Shown: positions 1 to 13,564 of the stretch, in pieces | Numbering within the stretch: the stretch's first letter is position 1 | Layout: each line of letters starts with the position of its first letter | Assembly (NCBI RefSeq): GCF_009914755.1 | Contig: NC_060930.1 | DNA: 64,000 nt | Origin: the human T2T-CHM13v2.0 reference genome, Homo sapiens | Direction: 5' to 3' (one strand) | Notes under the pieces: generated by a model | The model's database searches: none | Seen by the model: only the letters and a program-made list of their open reading frames with translations | Told to the model about the DNA's origin: nothing | Position numbers and translations under genes: made by a program

Positions 1-1576
1 CAGCTAATCAGGGAGGTGATAGATCTCTATATGGAGTACCACAAAACACTGCTGAAAGAAATCAGAGATGACACAAATAAATGAAAAAACATCCCATGCT
101 CATGGATTGGAAGAATCAATATCATTAAAACAGCCATACTGTCCAAAGTTATTTACACATTCAATGCGATTTCTACAAAACTATCAATGCCATTTTTCAC
201 AGAATTAGAAAAAGCTATTGTAAAATTCATATGGAACCAAAAGAGAACCCAAATAGCCAAAGCAATCCTAAGCAAAAAGAGCAAAGCCAGGGGCATCACA
301 CTACTCAACTTCAAAATATACTGTAAGGCCACAGTAACCGAAACAGTTTGTACAAAAACATACTCACAGATCAATGGGACAAAATAGAAAACTCAGAAAT
401 AAAGCCTCACAATTATAATCATCTGAAATTCAACAAGGCTGACAGAAACAGGCAATGAGGACAGATTCCCTATTCAATAAGTGGTGCTAGGATAACTGGC
501 TAGCCATGTGCAGGTGAATGAAATTAGATCAGTACCATTCACCATATGAAAAAATTAACCAAATGGATTAAATATTTTATTTATTTATTTATTTATTTTG
601 AGATGAAGTCTTGCTCTGCCATCCAGGCTGGAGTGCAGTGGTGCAATCTTGGCTCACTGAAACTTCCACGTTCCAGGTTCAAGTGATTCTCCTGTCTCAG
701 CCTCCTGAATAGCTGGGATTACAGGCATCTACCACCAAACCCAGTTAATTTTTGATATTTTTTTAGTAGAGACAGGGTTTCATCATGTTGGCCAGGCTGG
801 TCTCCAACTCCTGACCTCAGTTGATCCACCCTGCTCGGCCTCCAAAACTGTTGGGATTACAGGCGTGAGGTGACATGCCCGGCCACAAGTGGAAGAAATA
901 TTTAAATGTAAGACCTAAAATTACAAAAATCCTTGAAGACAACCTTGAAATATACTTTTGGTTTGACCTTGGCAAAGATTTTTTGGCTAAGTCCCCAAAA
1001 GCAATTGCAACAAAAACAAAAATTGGACCTAATTTAATTAAAGAGCTTCTGCACAGAAAAAGAAAATATCAATAGAATAAACAAACAACCTATAGAATGG
1101 GAGAAAATTTTCACAAACTATGTATCTGACAAATGTTTAATATCCAGAATCTATAAGGAACTTAAGCAAATCAACAAGCCAAAAACAAATAAGCCTATTA
1201 AGAAATGGGTAGAAGACATGAAGAGACGCTTCTCAAAAGAAAACATACAAGAGGCCAATAAATATAAAAAATGCTCAGCATCAATAATCATCAGAGAAAT
1301 GAAAATCAAAACCACACTGAGATACCACCTCACACTAGTCAAATGGCTGTCATTAAAAAAATATATAAAAACAACACATACTGGTGAGGCTGAAGAGAAA
1401 AGGGAATACTTATACGTTCTTGGTGGGCATGTAAATTAATTCAGCCACTCTGGAAATCAGTTTGGAGATTTCTCAAACAACCTAAAACAGAGCTACTATA
1501 ACATTCAACCCAGCAATCCCATTACTGGGTAGACTTTCAAAGGAAAATATATCAATATGGGAAAAAAGATACATGC
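1..1576 (+). mobile_element. Older primate L1 (L1PA15-16/L1PB-like) ORF2 3' portion, interrupted by an Alu and cut at 1576 by a second L1
   Basis: ORF fragments [30 protein letters not shown] and [34 protein letters not shown] are L1 ORF2 C-terminal sequence with many stops and frameshifts. Confidence 0.9.
575..884 (-). mobile_element. AluS
   Basis: (TTTA)n tail followed by reverse-complement Alu dimer ending ...gcccggcc; degenerate TSD caaatggattaaatattt / caagtggaagaaatattt. Confidence 0.95.
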
Positions 1577-4117
1577 GGTGGGGTGTGGTTGGGGTGGGGT
1601 CGGGGGAGACAGGGGTACCAAGAAAGCCAACTAGAAGCAACTAGTATGTGCAACTCTCACAGAGAGGGTGTGAGTAAATATAGCACTTTCAACTAAAGTG
1701 GAACAGAACTGTGAGTAAATATAGCACTTTCAACTAAAGTGGAACAGAACTGTGAATAAATATAGCACTTTCAACTAAAACATCTAGGTACATGCATGGG
1801 GACTAATCAAGGAAACAACTCAACCTATGGAGAATGGAGAAAAGCAAGGCAAGACAATGGTCCACCTGGGAGTGACATGAAGCCGGGGGAACCTCCTCCA
1901 TCCAAGTAAGTGGCGAGTGAATCTGCGACCTGAGAACCCGTGCTTCTTCCACAGATCTTTGCAATCCTCAGGTCAGGAGATCTGCTCATGAACCCTCTCC
2001 ACCAGGACCTTCAGTCTGACACACAGAGCTACGTGGAGTTTTGGCAGAGCAGACACTTAGGCACATGAGGAGATGGGAAAGACTTTGATACACAGGCTCT
2101 CCAGGCTTCCTGGCAAAAGCAGCTGCAACTCTGGCAAAACAGGAGTTCAGACCCTTGTACATACCCCTAAGAAAGGGGATCAATCCAGAGGGCTGAGCAG
2201 CGATAGTCTGCATGCCCCACTTTGATGGCACCTCACAGGATAAGACCCAGTAGCTTAGAATTCCAGCCAGCCACCTGTATCTGGCATTGTACCTCCCTGA
2301 GATGGAGCTTCCAGGGGAAGAGGTGAGCCATCATCTTTGCTGTTTGGGTGACTTAGCTGTTACAGGCTTAGGACTTTGGGGAGTCCAAGCCAACTAGGGG
2401 CAGAAGCAGTCCCCCAGTACAGCTGCTCTACAAACGCGGCCAGATTTCTTTTTTAAGCAGGCCTCCAATACAATTCCTCCTCACTGGCCAGACCCAACCA
2501 GGGTCTCCGGCCACCTCCACTGGTGTTGTTCGGCTGAGAGAAATTTGAAACCTCCCTGGGACAGAGCTCCCAGCGGGAGGGGAGGACCGCCACCTTTGCT
2601 GTTTGGGCAACTTAGCCATTTCAGCCTCTGTGCTTTGGAGAGTCCAAGCTGAGCAGGGGTGAAAGTGGTCTCCAGCACAGCACAGCTGCTCTATGATAAC
2701 ACGACCAGCCTGCTTTTTAAAGTGGGTCCCTAATGCCATTCTTCCTCACCTGGTGGGACCTCCCAACTGGGGTCTTTACTCATCTCCTACAGGTGTGTTT
2801 GGGCTAGCAACAAATTTGTATCCCCAGACAGAGCTCCCAGAGGGAAAGGCAGGCCACCAGCTTTGCAACTTTGCAGCCTCATTGTTGATACCTGCAGGAA
2901 CTGGAAAATCTGAGGTGAGTAGAGACTAGAGCAGGCTCCCAGCATACCACAGCAGCCCTATGGAAAAGTGACCAGACGGTTACATGGTGCCTGTTCCCAT
3001 ATCTCTTCACTGGGCAGTTCCTCCAGGCTTGGACCGTCAGCTATCTCCTGCCAGAGCTATAGAGCCAAGAACAGCTTGTCAACTTCCTGGACAGGGCCGC
3101 CAGGTGCAACTGAAAGCCTCTCTGCCACTGCCTCTGCAGTGAAATCTCTGCCTCTGCATTTGCTATCCTCAGACTAACAAAGAAGCAAAGATCTTAAGGG
3201 TCTTCTCCACACCTATAATAAGCTGCAGTCAACCCAAGGAGAGGAAGCCAGTCTATCTCCCATGGGTTCCAACCCTACCCCACTGCTTGTCACCAGACAG
3301 AGAACTCCTGGCTTAGGCCCACAGCACGAACCCTCCATCCTGGGCTCATTGCACTGAGCAATTGCTGACCTGCATCTCTCTAAGGGGGAGCCCCTAGGTG
3401 ACAAGCAAAAGACCTTGGCCACAACCACCACGAAGTTCCTTTCTTCTGCTGCTGTCACACTGGGGAAGGGACATAATACTGAGATTACCCCAGAGCTGCA
3501 GTGGACAGCCCAGGCATGCCAAGCTGTGATCTACATCCAGTAATCAAGGGGGAGAAACCCACCCTTTCAGATAATTGAGAGGAAATATGACTGCAACTTT
3601 TAAGAAACACAGGGGAGTCACACAACCAAGCAAGGGTCTACCAACTGGCCAATACACCTAAGTGTCACCTATTGGCTCATTCCCCAAAGGTTCAACATCA
3701 AAAACACCTTGCTAATATGCCCCCTCTGAAACCAAAGACAAGAAGTCAGCTTCAAATAAAGACCTGCACAAAGCCTCAGCCCTGTGAAAACAACCAGAAA
3801 ATAAATTTATTGACTGTACTCAATCTATGCTGCAGTTAAAGAAACACCCATATGCAGAGATGAGAAAGAATGAATGCAGGAACACCAGTAACTCAAGTGG
3901 CCAGTGTCGTATGTCCTTCAAACAACCACAGCAGTTCTTAACAAGAGTTCTTAATCAGGCTGAGGTTGCTGAAATGACAGAAATATAATTCAGAATGTGC
4001 ATAGGAATGATCATCAAGATACATCAGGATGGCAAAACCCAAGCCAAGGAAACTAAGAGTCACAATAAAACAATACAGGAGTTGAATGATGAAATAGCTA
4101 GTAAAAGAAACAACCTA
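1577..4117 (+). mobile_element. 5' portion (5'UTR plus start of ORF1) of an older primate L1 (L1PA13-16/L1PREC2-like)
   Basis: G-rich start, decayed YY1-like ccaagaaagcc, long GC-richer 5'UTR with ~260-bp internal repeats, ORF1-like start ATGAGAAAGAAT at 3860; ends abruptly at 4117. Confidence 0.8.
1669..1779 (+). repeat. 41-bp tandem repeat, ~2.7 copies, inside the L1 5'UTR
   Basis: Unit tgtgagtaaatatagcactttcaactaaagtggaacagaac starts at 1669, 1710 and 1751. Confidence 0.95.
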
Positions 4118-4811
4118 CTCACACCAGTTAGAATGGCGATCATTAAAAAGTCAGGAAACAACAGGTACTGGAGAGGATGCGGAGAAATAGGAACACTTTT
4201 ACACTGTTGGTGGGACTGTAAACTAGTTCAACCATTGTGGAAGTCAGAGTGGCGATCCCTCAGGGATCTAGAACTAGAAATACCATTTGACCCAGCCATC
4301 CCATTACTGGGTATATACCCAAAGGATTATAAAACACGCTGCTATAAAGACACATGCACACGTATGTTTATTGCGGCACTATTCACAATAGCAAAGACCT
4401 GGAACCAAGCCAATGTCCAACAATGATAGACTGGATTAAGAAAATGTGGCACATATACACCATGGAATACTATGCAGCCATAAAAAATGATGAGCTCATG
4501 TCCTTTGTAGGGACATGGATGAAGCTGGAAACCATCATTCTCAGCAAACTATCGCAAGGACAAAAAACCAAACACCACATGTTCTCACTCATAGGTGGGA
4601 CTTGAACAATGAGAACACATGGACACAGGAAGGGGAACATCACACACCAGGGCCTGTTGTGGGGTGGGGGGAGGGATAGCATTAGGAGATATACCTAATG
4701 TTAAATGACGAGTTAATGGGTGCGGCACACCAACATGGCACATGTATACATATGTAACTAACCTGCACATTGTGCACATGTACCCTAAAACTTAAAGTAT
4801 AATAAAAAAAA
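4118..4811 (+). mobile_element. 5'-truncated young L1 (L1PA4-like) 3' end
   Basis: [34 protein letters not shown]2 C-terminus; 3'UTR ttaggagatatacctaatgttaaatgacgag...cttaaagtataat followed by poly(A). Confidence 0.95.
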
Positions 4812-5132
4812 TTTTTGTTCAAAATTACCACATACATATTAACACCATTTATTTATTAGTGTATAGGACTATATCTCTCTATCTCTAGAATGTTATTTTT
4901 TATTCTTTTTTATATTTAACTTTTACATAACATTCTTACATTTGGATGGCTGTTCTTTAATTATATAATTTTATGCAATCATAACAGCTTCATGTCTTCT
5001 TATAAAACATAGATTTTTAATATGAATTGTGCTTTATTCTTAAATATTTAATGTACTCTTAGGAAGAAGTTATACAGAGTATATTCTATTCTCTGTGTTA
5101 CCTGTGTTAAACAGTCTCATGTTGGTTGTTTA

Positions 5133-5552
<420 letters not shown>

Positions 5553-5602
5553 CTAGACAGTCCAGGTATGTTATTGTTGCTTCCTGGTGTCATCAGAGAT
5601 TG

Positions 5603-6267
5603 TGTAGTAAATAGTTTAACCTTACTCAAAGAGAGGTCTATTCTTTTTCCTTGGTTCCTAGGCAGAAATCCCTAAATCCTTAGAATATCCTGCCTGATGA
5701 AAGTCTGTTTCCCTGGGGAGTTTGGGCCAGCTATATATAACAGCGTGGTTTACAGTGAGATATATATACAGGTTGAGGACCTTAGGCTGGACCAGATAGT
5801 AACAAGACGATTTAGGATGCTGGCTTTGGGTCACAATATCAGTTGACTTCCAGAAGAGCTGGAGACGGAGGTCAGAAACATGGGTGATCACCAAGATTCA
5901 CATGATAGACTCTAGACACCAAGGCTCTGCTGAGCTTCCCTGGTTAGGCATAATCTGTGCATATTGTTACACTTTGTTGATAGGAAATTAACATTGTCCA
6001 CAACTCCAAGGGGAGATGACAACTGTAAGTTGGAAGCTAGACTCTCTGTGTTTGGAACTTACTTGGGCTTTCTCTTATGTGCCTCTTCCCTTGACTTTAT
6101 TTAGTCCTTTAACTGTAGTATTACCATAACCATAAGTAAAAGAGCTTTAGTGAAGTCTGAGAGTTCTAGCAAATTATCAAACCTAAGAGTGGTCTTGGGC
6201 AATCCTGAGATTTGCAGTTGGTGTCAGAAGTAAGAGTGTTCTTGTGGATTATTCCTCTAATTTGGCA
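5603..6267 (+). mobile_element. ERVL-class solo LTR (MER77/MER21-group)
   Basis: TG..CA ends; start tgtagtaaatagtttaaccttactcaaagagaggtct and late block ttctagcaaattatcaaacctaagagtggtcttggg typical of this group. Confidence 0.7.
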
Positions 6268-7164
6268 GGGACCCAGTTTCTATTTTTTGTTCTTCCCAAG
6301 GAATGGCTTCTATCCTCTAGTTTACTTTATGATCCAAGGTGGATGCTAGAATCCCAGACATTGTATCATCGTTTAAGCCTGAAAGAAGTAGCAAAGGTAT
6401 TGTGGCAAGGAACAAACATTGTTCCTTTTTCTATACTTACTTTGTATATAACAAAAAATATTACCATCTGTATAACAAAACTATTTATATGAACTTTTTC
6501 ATTGTTGTATTCATGGACAAATGACATCAAGACATATTACCCTTGCTTTAAAATAAAACAAAGCCATTCATCTCGTTACTTGTTCCCAAAACATGACATA
6601 CAAAATCATTCTTTAAAAAATTGTTTTTGTAGTTGTCATCTGCATACATCTGAGAGAGACTCTACCATGTTTTGCTCATTTCAAATAACTCTGTCTAGCA
6701 TTTCTTTGATATGAAGATCTATTTTTAATTTTATTCACCCCTAACACAGAGGGGAAGTACCTATCTTCACTGACCCAAAGCTTGGTAAACTTGCTCTATG
6801 CAGCCCTCCTAGAAATTCTAAACATCATATTTAGTTACAACTCTGGCTGAGACTCAGTCACATGGCCACACTTAGCTACAAAGGAACTTGGGAAGTATTT
6901 TCATTCAGGTGACAACATATCAAGTAAAAGTCAAAATTATGTTCCTTAAAGAGAAAGGGCACATAAAGCTTGGGTTAGATAGCTAGTGATCTCTGACACA
7001 TGGTCTACAAATAGTCTCTTTAATGTAACATAAGGAATATATGTAAATAAACTGAGAAATAAAAAGTATTTTTATAATACCATTTTGATTATGGAAATAA
7101 AATATTTCAATATTGGACACATGGTTTTAAGAATCAATTATATAAAGTTACCCAATAAAAATAT

Positions 7165-7620
7165 AAACAAAAAGACTCATACACAAATCTGCAGTATTAT
7201 TCATAATAGACAAAAACTGGAAACCATCCAAATGTCTGTCAGCTAGTGAGATGTTTTAAAAATATGGTAAATTCAACAATGGAATACTATTCATCAATGA
7301 AAGGGAATGAACCACTGATTTTAAAATAACATGGATTTATCGCAAATCACTATGCTAAGTGAAAAGCCATACAAAATACCGTTGTGCATGATTTCATTTA
7401 CATGGAATCTCCAGAAAAGGCAAATGTGTAATGACAGAAAGCAAAACGAAGGCAACAAAAAGGCATAAGTAAATTTTTTGGAATAATGGGCATATTCCTA
7501 AAATTTGATTGTGATAATGATTACATGATCCAATAAAAGTTCTAAAAGTCTTGAATTATATTCTTACAAGTGAATTTTACAGTACATAAATTTTGCTTCG
7601 ATAAAATTATTTTTAAATAA
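7165..7620 (+). mobile_element. Ancient L1M (L1MC/ME-like) 3' end
   Basis: aaaaactggaaaccatccaaatgtc...atggaatactattcatcaatgaaagggaatga...atgatttcatttacatgg...aaaggcaaa. Confidence 0.8.
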
Positions 7621-7714
7621 ATTAATTATGTGAACTTTCAAGGAATATGTATCTAGGAACTTCCCAACCAAAAGGACAGCCCTGTAAAAGTGAGTGTTCT
7701 ATAGCAGTCATATG

Positions 7715-7888
7715 CAGTGATTCTTAAGTCTACTTGAGGACCCCTCTATATTATAATTCTATAATGAAGTTTATTACAGATAAAAATTCTTGTATCTTAT
7801 CCTGCCATCCTATGTTGGAGCCAGATAATCTTCATTTTAATGAGCTATTGAAGCAATTATTTTTCACACTAACATTTGAGAACAGCTG
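7715..7888. mobile_element. MER5-like hAT-Charlie MITE remnant
   Basis: Imperfect terminal inverted repeats cagtgattcttaa ... tttgagaacagctg. Confidence 0.55.
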
Positions 7889-8854
7889 GTCAAAAGAGAT
7901 AGGTAATGTGGGTTAAGAATGTAGCACACTGAGGATTTGGGTTAGGAATAGATGGAAAGTTGAACATTTTTAAGCTCAACTAGGATTTCATTTTTACAGC
8001 ATGATGCTATTATTAGTGTCAAATATAAAGAAAATAATAAATCTCTTCATATAAATAGAAATGAATTACTTTCAAGTTTCAGAACCAAAATATCTTATAA
8101 AATAATATAAATCTATAAAATAAGGTAAAGGCCTAGAACAAAATAAATACTTTGATTCAATGAAGGAAATATCAACAAAAGGAAGAAAGGAATTTTGGGT
8201 GGGGCTGAATGGGATTTAATTATAATATGCCAAATGGAATTTCTTTAAGTTGTTGACATAGTTCCTTTTTTAAATGTCAGAAATGTAATAAAAATATTCT
8301 AAATGCAGAAAAACAAGTTAATGACAATATAAAGAAATACTAATTTTTGTCTGAGCTCTAGGGAGAAATATGATACTGGGTGGTTTCAAAATAGGAAATT
8401 AGTTTAATCAAGATTAAGAGGTCACAGTAGTGACGTTGTTGTAATACTAGATACATCATCTGCTTCAAAAGGCAGGGACAGTACATCCATTTTTGCAGAG
8501 AAACTTGTCAGTTCAAAGAAGGTAAAGAGAACAGATATTAAAATATAATAACCATGATTTAATCCTGAATGACTGAATAAATGATGGTAATTTAGAAAGT
8601 GATTAAAAATGAGGTATGGAGTTAAAGAGCTTTGGGGAGCAAAAATAATTATCTCTCAAATAAAATCAGTGACAAAGAGGGTTGCTATTTTTCATAGAAA
8701 ATTCTACATTATTCCGGAGAACAGAGAAAATAACAAGCAATTTCTTAGCACCAAAAAACATCACTTAAAAAGTTCTTTGCTTGAAATAGCAATTAGTAAG
8801 ACTAATTATTACCTCAAAATGATACAGAGAAACCTAAAGTGCTCAGAGAAGGCA

Positions 8855-9060
8855 TCTCAAATTATTTGGATTCTTACACTTGGAAAAAATGAGAACTTAA
8901 ATGGGTAAGTTTACTTGCTTATTTCCTCATTCTGTAAAATGTAGCTGGGAATATAACCTTCTTCAAACTATTTTGTGAGGATAAAGTTATATGACATGCA
9001 AAGTACTTAGCACAACTAGCTACCCTTAAACAAAGGATAGTCATTATTATTATTCTTATG
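8855..9060 (+). mobile_element. MIR
   Basis: Core ttcctcattctgtaaaatg...ttgtgaggataaa...aaagtacttagcaca. Confidence 0.75.
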
Positions 9061-9199
9061 ATGACTATTCTAAGGTAATCTAAGGACATCTAAATAAAAA
9101 GACAACTCAATACATTTTTATTCACCAAATTTGAAGACATTACAAATAGCAGTCATTCTCTAAATGTCGTTTTGAGAGGTTTATCTCCCAGCAACTTTG

Positions 9200-9560
9200 A
9201 GCTGTCTTTAGTTTCCAGCACCACTGATTCATGCTTCTCTCTGGTTTTAATCACATTTTTTTCCTCTGCTTGGAATTTCCATTTCTTCCTTTATCTTCCC
9301 CTACTTCTAACTGCCTAGCTTCACCTCGAGTTTTCTGACTAGCTTGAAAACCTGTGGCCCCACTAGTACTAGTTAAGTGTTCCTCCTAAAGGGATCCTAT
9401 AATACTTTTTGTGTAATTTTACCAGTTTTATCACTCTTTCATAACAATGTTTATGTTAGCCAACTGTCTTAAAAACAAAAGATGCTGTTTTGTCTCTGTA
9501 TCTCTTTGTCAGAATAGAGGCTGGGTTTATCATAAGTGCTTGGTAAATATTATTTGGATT
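9200..9560 (+). mobile_element. L2 3' end fragment
   Basis: ttcctctgcttggaat... and terminal cataagtgcttggtaaatattatttgga. Confidence 0.6.
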
Positions 9561-12365
9561 TAATTGGCTTAAATCAGTATATTAAAGCTGTGATACACAT
9601 TAAAACTATTAATAGGTTCAAGAAGCATTTGAAAAATACATAGATGGAGGACTTATAAGAAGTGGATAAAGCAATACAGATATACTTAAAGATTATTATC
9701 ATGGAGAACATTGCCCTCTAGGCAAATGCCCCATCATCAGTGGGTTGGTAATATTTAATTAAATAAACCATGGGCCACTTTCATTCTGGTAATTCTTAAG
9801 TTCTGGTTTATACTTATTCTTCTTTCTTTACTCTCTACTAATTTCTCATTCATTAGCCAAAGGCAGTAATATTTAAATAAATGTACTTAGAATTAAATAA
9901 TCCCTTGATTTGTAAAATAAACATTTTCGTTGGCAATCTTTAATTGTATAAGAAATTATTCTTGTTCTTACAACTTTCAATCCTTAATTTTAAATATAGA
10001 TTGTGTCCAACAAAATGTGAAACTTACAAAGTGACTTACTACTCAAATAATTTGCATTTTTAGTACGAATTTGAATAGCAAACTGAAGGTTTCCTTCTTT
10101 CTTTACAAAAATTCTTTTGAAAATATTTTCCATTTATTTGGTGTTGAAAGCAATTAAATTTATACTACCTTTCAACTCAACAGGTATGTATCTATTGATT
10201 AAGGAAAATGTAATTACAATATGATCTCTGAATTTATGTAATGTTCAACCTAGAGGGGAAGACCTTCATTCATTGACATGTTATTTTTGTCCCTGAAAAA
10301 CAAATTTGCAGGGGTCTTCAATGGAAGACATTTATACTGAAAAAAAAAAAACTGAAATAGATTCAAAACAAGAACTCAGGTGGCTTTAAAGGGAAAAGCT
10401 GGATGAAGAAAAACCAGTTAGATAATTATTGTAAATTATTGTAACAAAGTAAGAAAATATAGAATTCAGAAATAGGTTAGTGGCTATATTCTTTAAGAAT
10501 AGGAGCTTCATTTTTTAACATTACATAGCACCTAATAAACTGCCTTGCATAAAATCAGTGTTTAAAAAGTATTTCTTGATAGAATATAATTTTAAGGAAT
10601 TTCCTCATATCCTAGTTTTATATTCTCTTTTCAGTATATGATAGGACTTAAGATGCTATGAATTCAATTTTAATCTCTTCATATTTTTTAGGTATTAAGA
10701 ATAGATTCCTTGAAAGTATGAGTATATTAACTCATGTACATTATTGAAAGAATGTGGATTCTCAGTATAAATTTAAATACAAAGCTTAGATTGCAAACTC
10801 AAAAAGCTTAAAGTATCATGGAGAAATAATTTGCTACAGCTGCTATATATTTAGAACTCAAAACTATCCATGAGAATAGCAACAATGATATTTAAAATAT
10901 TTTAGGAAATGAAGAATATTTTCCTCACTTTTGCTGTTGTAAGAAATATAGACATCGCACTACTGAATAACTGATTGCAAAAATTCTTTTCTGTGTATAT
11001 ATACTGTCTTTTCTCTATCTTTTCTGTTTTTTTTTCCTATTTTATTCATTATTTTAAAACAATCTTTGTAGGATGCAAAACTATAAGTCTTTATTTTAGG
11101 CTCCATGTTAGAGGCTGAGTTTATTTTTCTCTTTGATGTTTGAATTGAAAGATTATTCCCTGGAATTCCAAAAAAAAAAAAAAAAAGTTGGAGCAGCTAT
11201 GCAGACCTCACCTCATGGTGGTTTGAATGATTTCCTTTATCTGTCTCCTTACTGCCAATATCTCATACTTGTCCATTGTAGATAAGAGCAAGTGGGATTT
11301 CAGTTTGGATATTATTGAATAGAAGCTGTCAGAAAGAATTTGAACAGTTCAGCACTCCTGAAATGTTGTATTACCCTCTTTCTAGTCCTCATTATCTACA
11401 CTTCCCACATCTACGCATTGGCATCTGTGGCCCAATTCTAAAGTAGGCTGTTTCTGCTTCCTGTGAAGTTTTTAGCAGCAGAAATATCATCTACAATTCT
11501 GTTACTACTCCCAGCATAATTTTTTTTCAACCAAGAACTCCTGAGAGTTTATTATCTAAGGAAAGTATATCATTCTACCTTTTATTTATTTTCACCCTTT
11601 TAACTTCTCTTTTAATTTTGTTTTACACTTGATTTTTGTCAAGGTTGTGACACTAAATCATTAAGCTTCAGCTACAAGGAGATCTTTAAGATAAAGATCA
11701 AAGGCAAATATGAAAAATCCCAATAGTGAAGTGTCTCTTCAGTAGGGAACACAAAATGTTGTATTATTAACACCATACACATGGTAATAATTAATTACAT
11801 CTAAAATGAAAAGTGGGAAATCCCTTGCCAATGGAAATCTGAACTTGCATATTAATTTCCTAGAGAATCCATGGAGGTTTTTAAGCAAAGCAACGTATCT
11901 TCAGCATTTCTTAGAAAAAAAAAAATGGAATGGATCTTTCTTAAGCTGAAATATTGCTCTAATAAATAAGGCTCAATTGTTTTGGCATCGTTAACTGAAA
12001 ACCATCATTACAATCTAAGTTTGTCTTGCATCAAAGAAAAATGTTACATTATTTTGAGAAATAAATTTTCTCAATCAAAAGGTTCTTGGGAACTCTAAAA
12101 GTTAAGTCTGACTCTTGTTGGTCTGTAATTGTATCTGCTCTGTCCTCATGAAATCTGTAGTCTCAAGACTGATAGAGAGGATGTATATCCTATTACATTT
12201 TAAAACTCCAACATCATCAAAGTTATAAAAGATTTAAAATAGTTATTTTATATTCAAGGACTTGATATAAAGACATATTCAGTAATACATACAGTACATT
12301 TTATTTTCCAACACAATTATAAAAAGATGAAATGTTTGTATAATGAATATATTAATGCACTTTGA

Positions 12366-12691
<326 letters not shown>

Positions 12692-13419
12692 TAAAAGGAG
12701 ATTTATAAACTATAACCAGAGTCAAACGGTCTTCAAAGATAGAGAATTTTCTAAATTTAAAAAAAAAAATTTAAATTTTTAAAAAATTGGTGAAAGTAGC
12801 ATATATTTATGATGTACAGTATAAATATACACAGTATATTTTATGTTGATTTATAGAAAATGGAAAACTACATTAGTTTTCTTTCAGAAAACTGCTTAAA
12901 TTTATGGTAAGCATTATCATATGTAGAGAATGATGCTATCAAGTTCTTCATAGTTGTGTTTTCTACTTTGTCTAATTAAATGCCAGTAGGATTTTAGAAA
13001 AAATAATTCTTAAAACATGTGGCCCTTTATCTTGTTACATTTACCTTTTACATTGACTTTTTACTCTTTTTTAAGCATGAATGAAATTACTTAAGTTATT
13101 ACAGATCAAGGAATTACTGCTAAAATATGTTTGTTCAGTTGGATTCTGAAAATTACTATGAAATATTCAGAAAATAGAGCATTAAAATCAGCTTTCAATT
13201 CAAAGCCTCACTAAAATAAAGTTCACCTAGCACAAAATATAGGGAAATTTAAATTATTTATCAAAAGGTTGAAAAGAAAGAAAGAAACCTTTATTTAGAA
13301 TTGTTTTGCCATGATTAGCTGAAAGCCACCATTAATATTTAGGTGTTGTTTGGAAAAGATGAATGCTGATACATTTTCCGTAAGACCTTTTTGGGACATA
13401 TTCATGATGGAATTTTATT

Positions 13420-13436
13420 TCTCTCTCTCTCCCTTA

Positions 13437-13474
<38 letters not shown>

Positions 13475-13531
13475 CTCTCTCTTTGTCTCTCTCTCTCTCT
13501 CTTTCACACAAACACACACACACATACACAC
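13420..13531. repeat. Compound microsatellite (CT)n(GT)n(CT)n(CA)n
   Basis: Directly visible. Confidence 0.9.
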
Positions 13532-13564
13532 TAGGAAGAAATAAAGGCTAGTAGTGTCACAAAG

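Noticed and set aside
1669-1779. CRISPR-like regularly spaced repeats
   Set aside because: The 'spacers' are identical, so this is a plain tandem repeat in eukaryotic DNA
12745-12790. AT-rich quasi-palindrome
   Set aside because: Low complexity; expected by chance at this base composition
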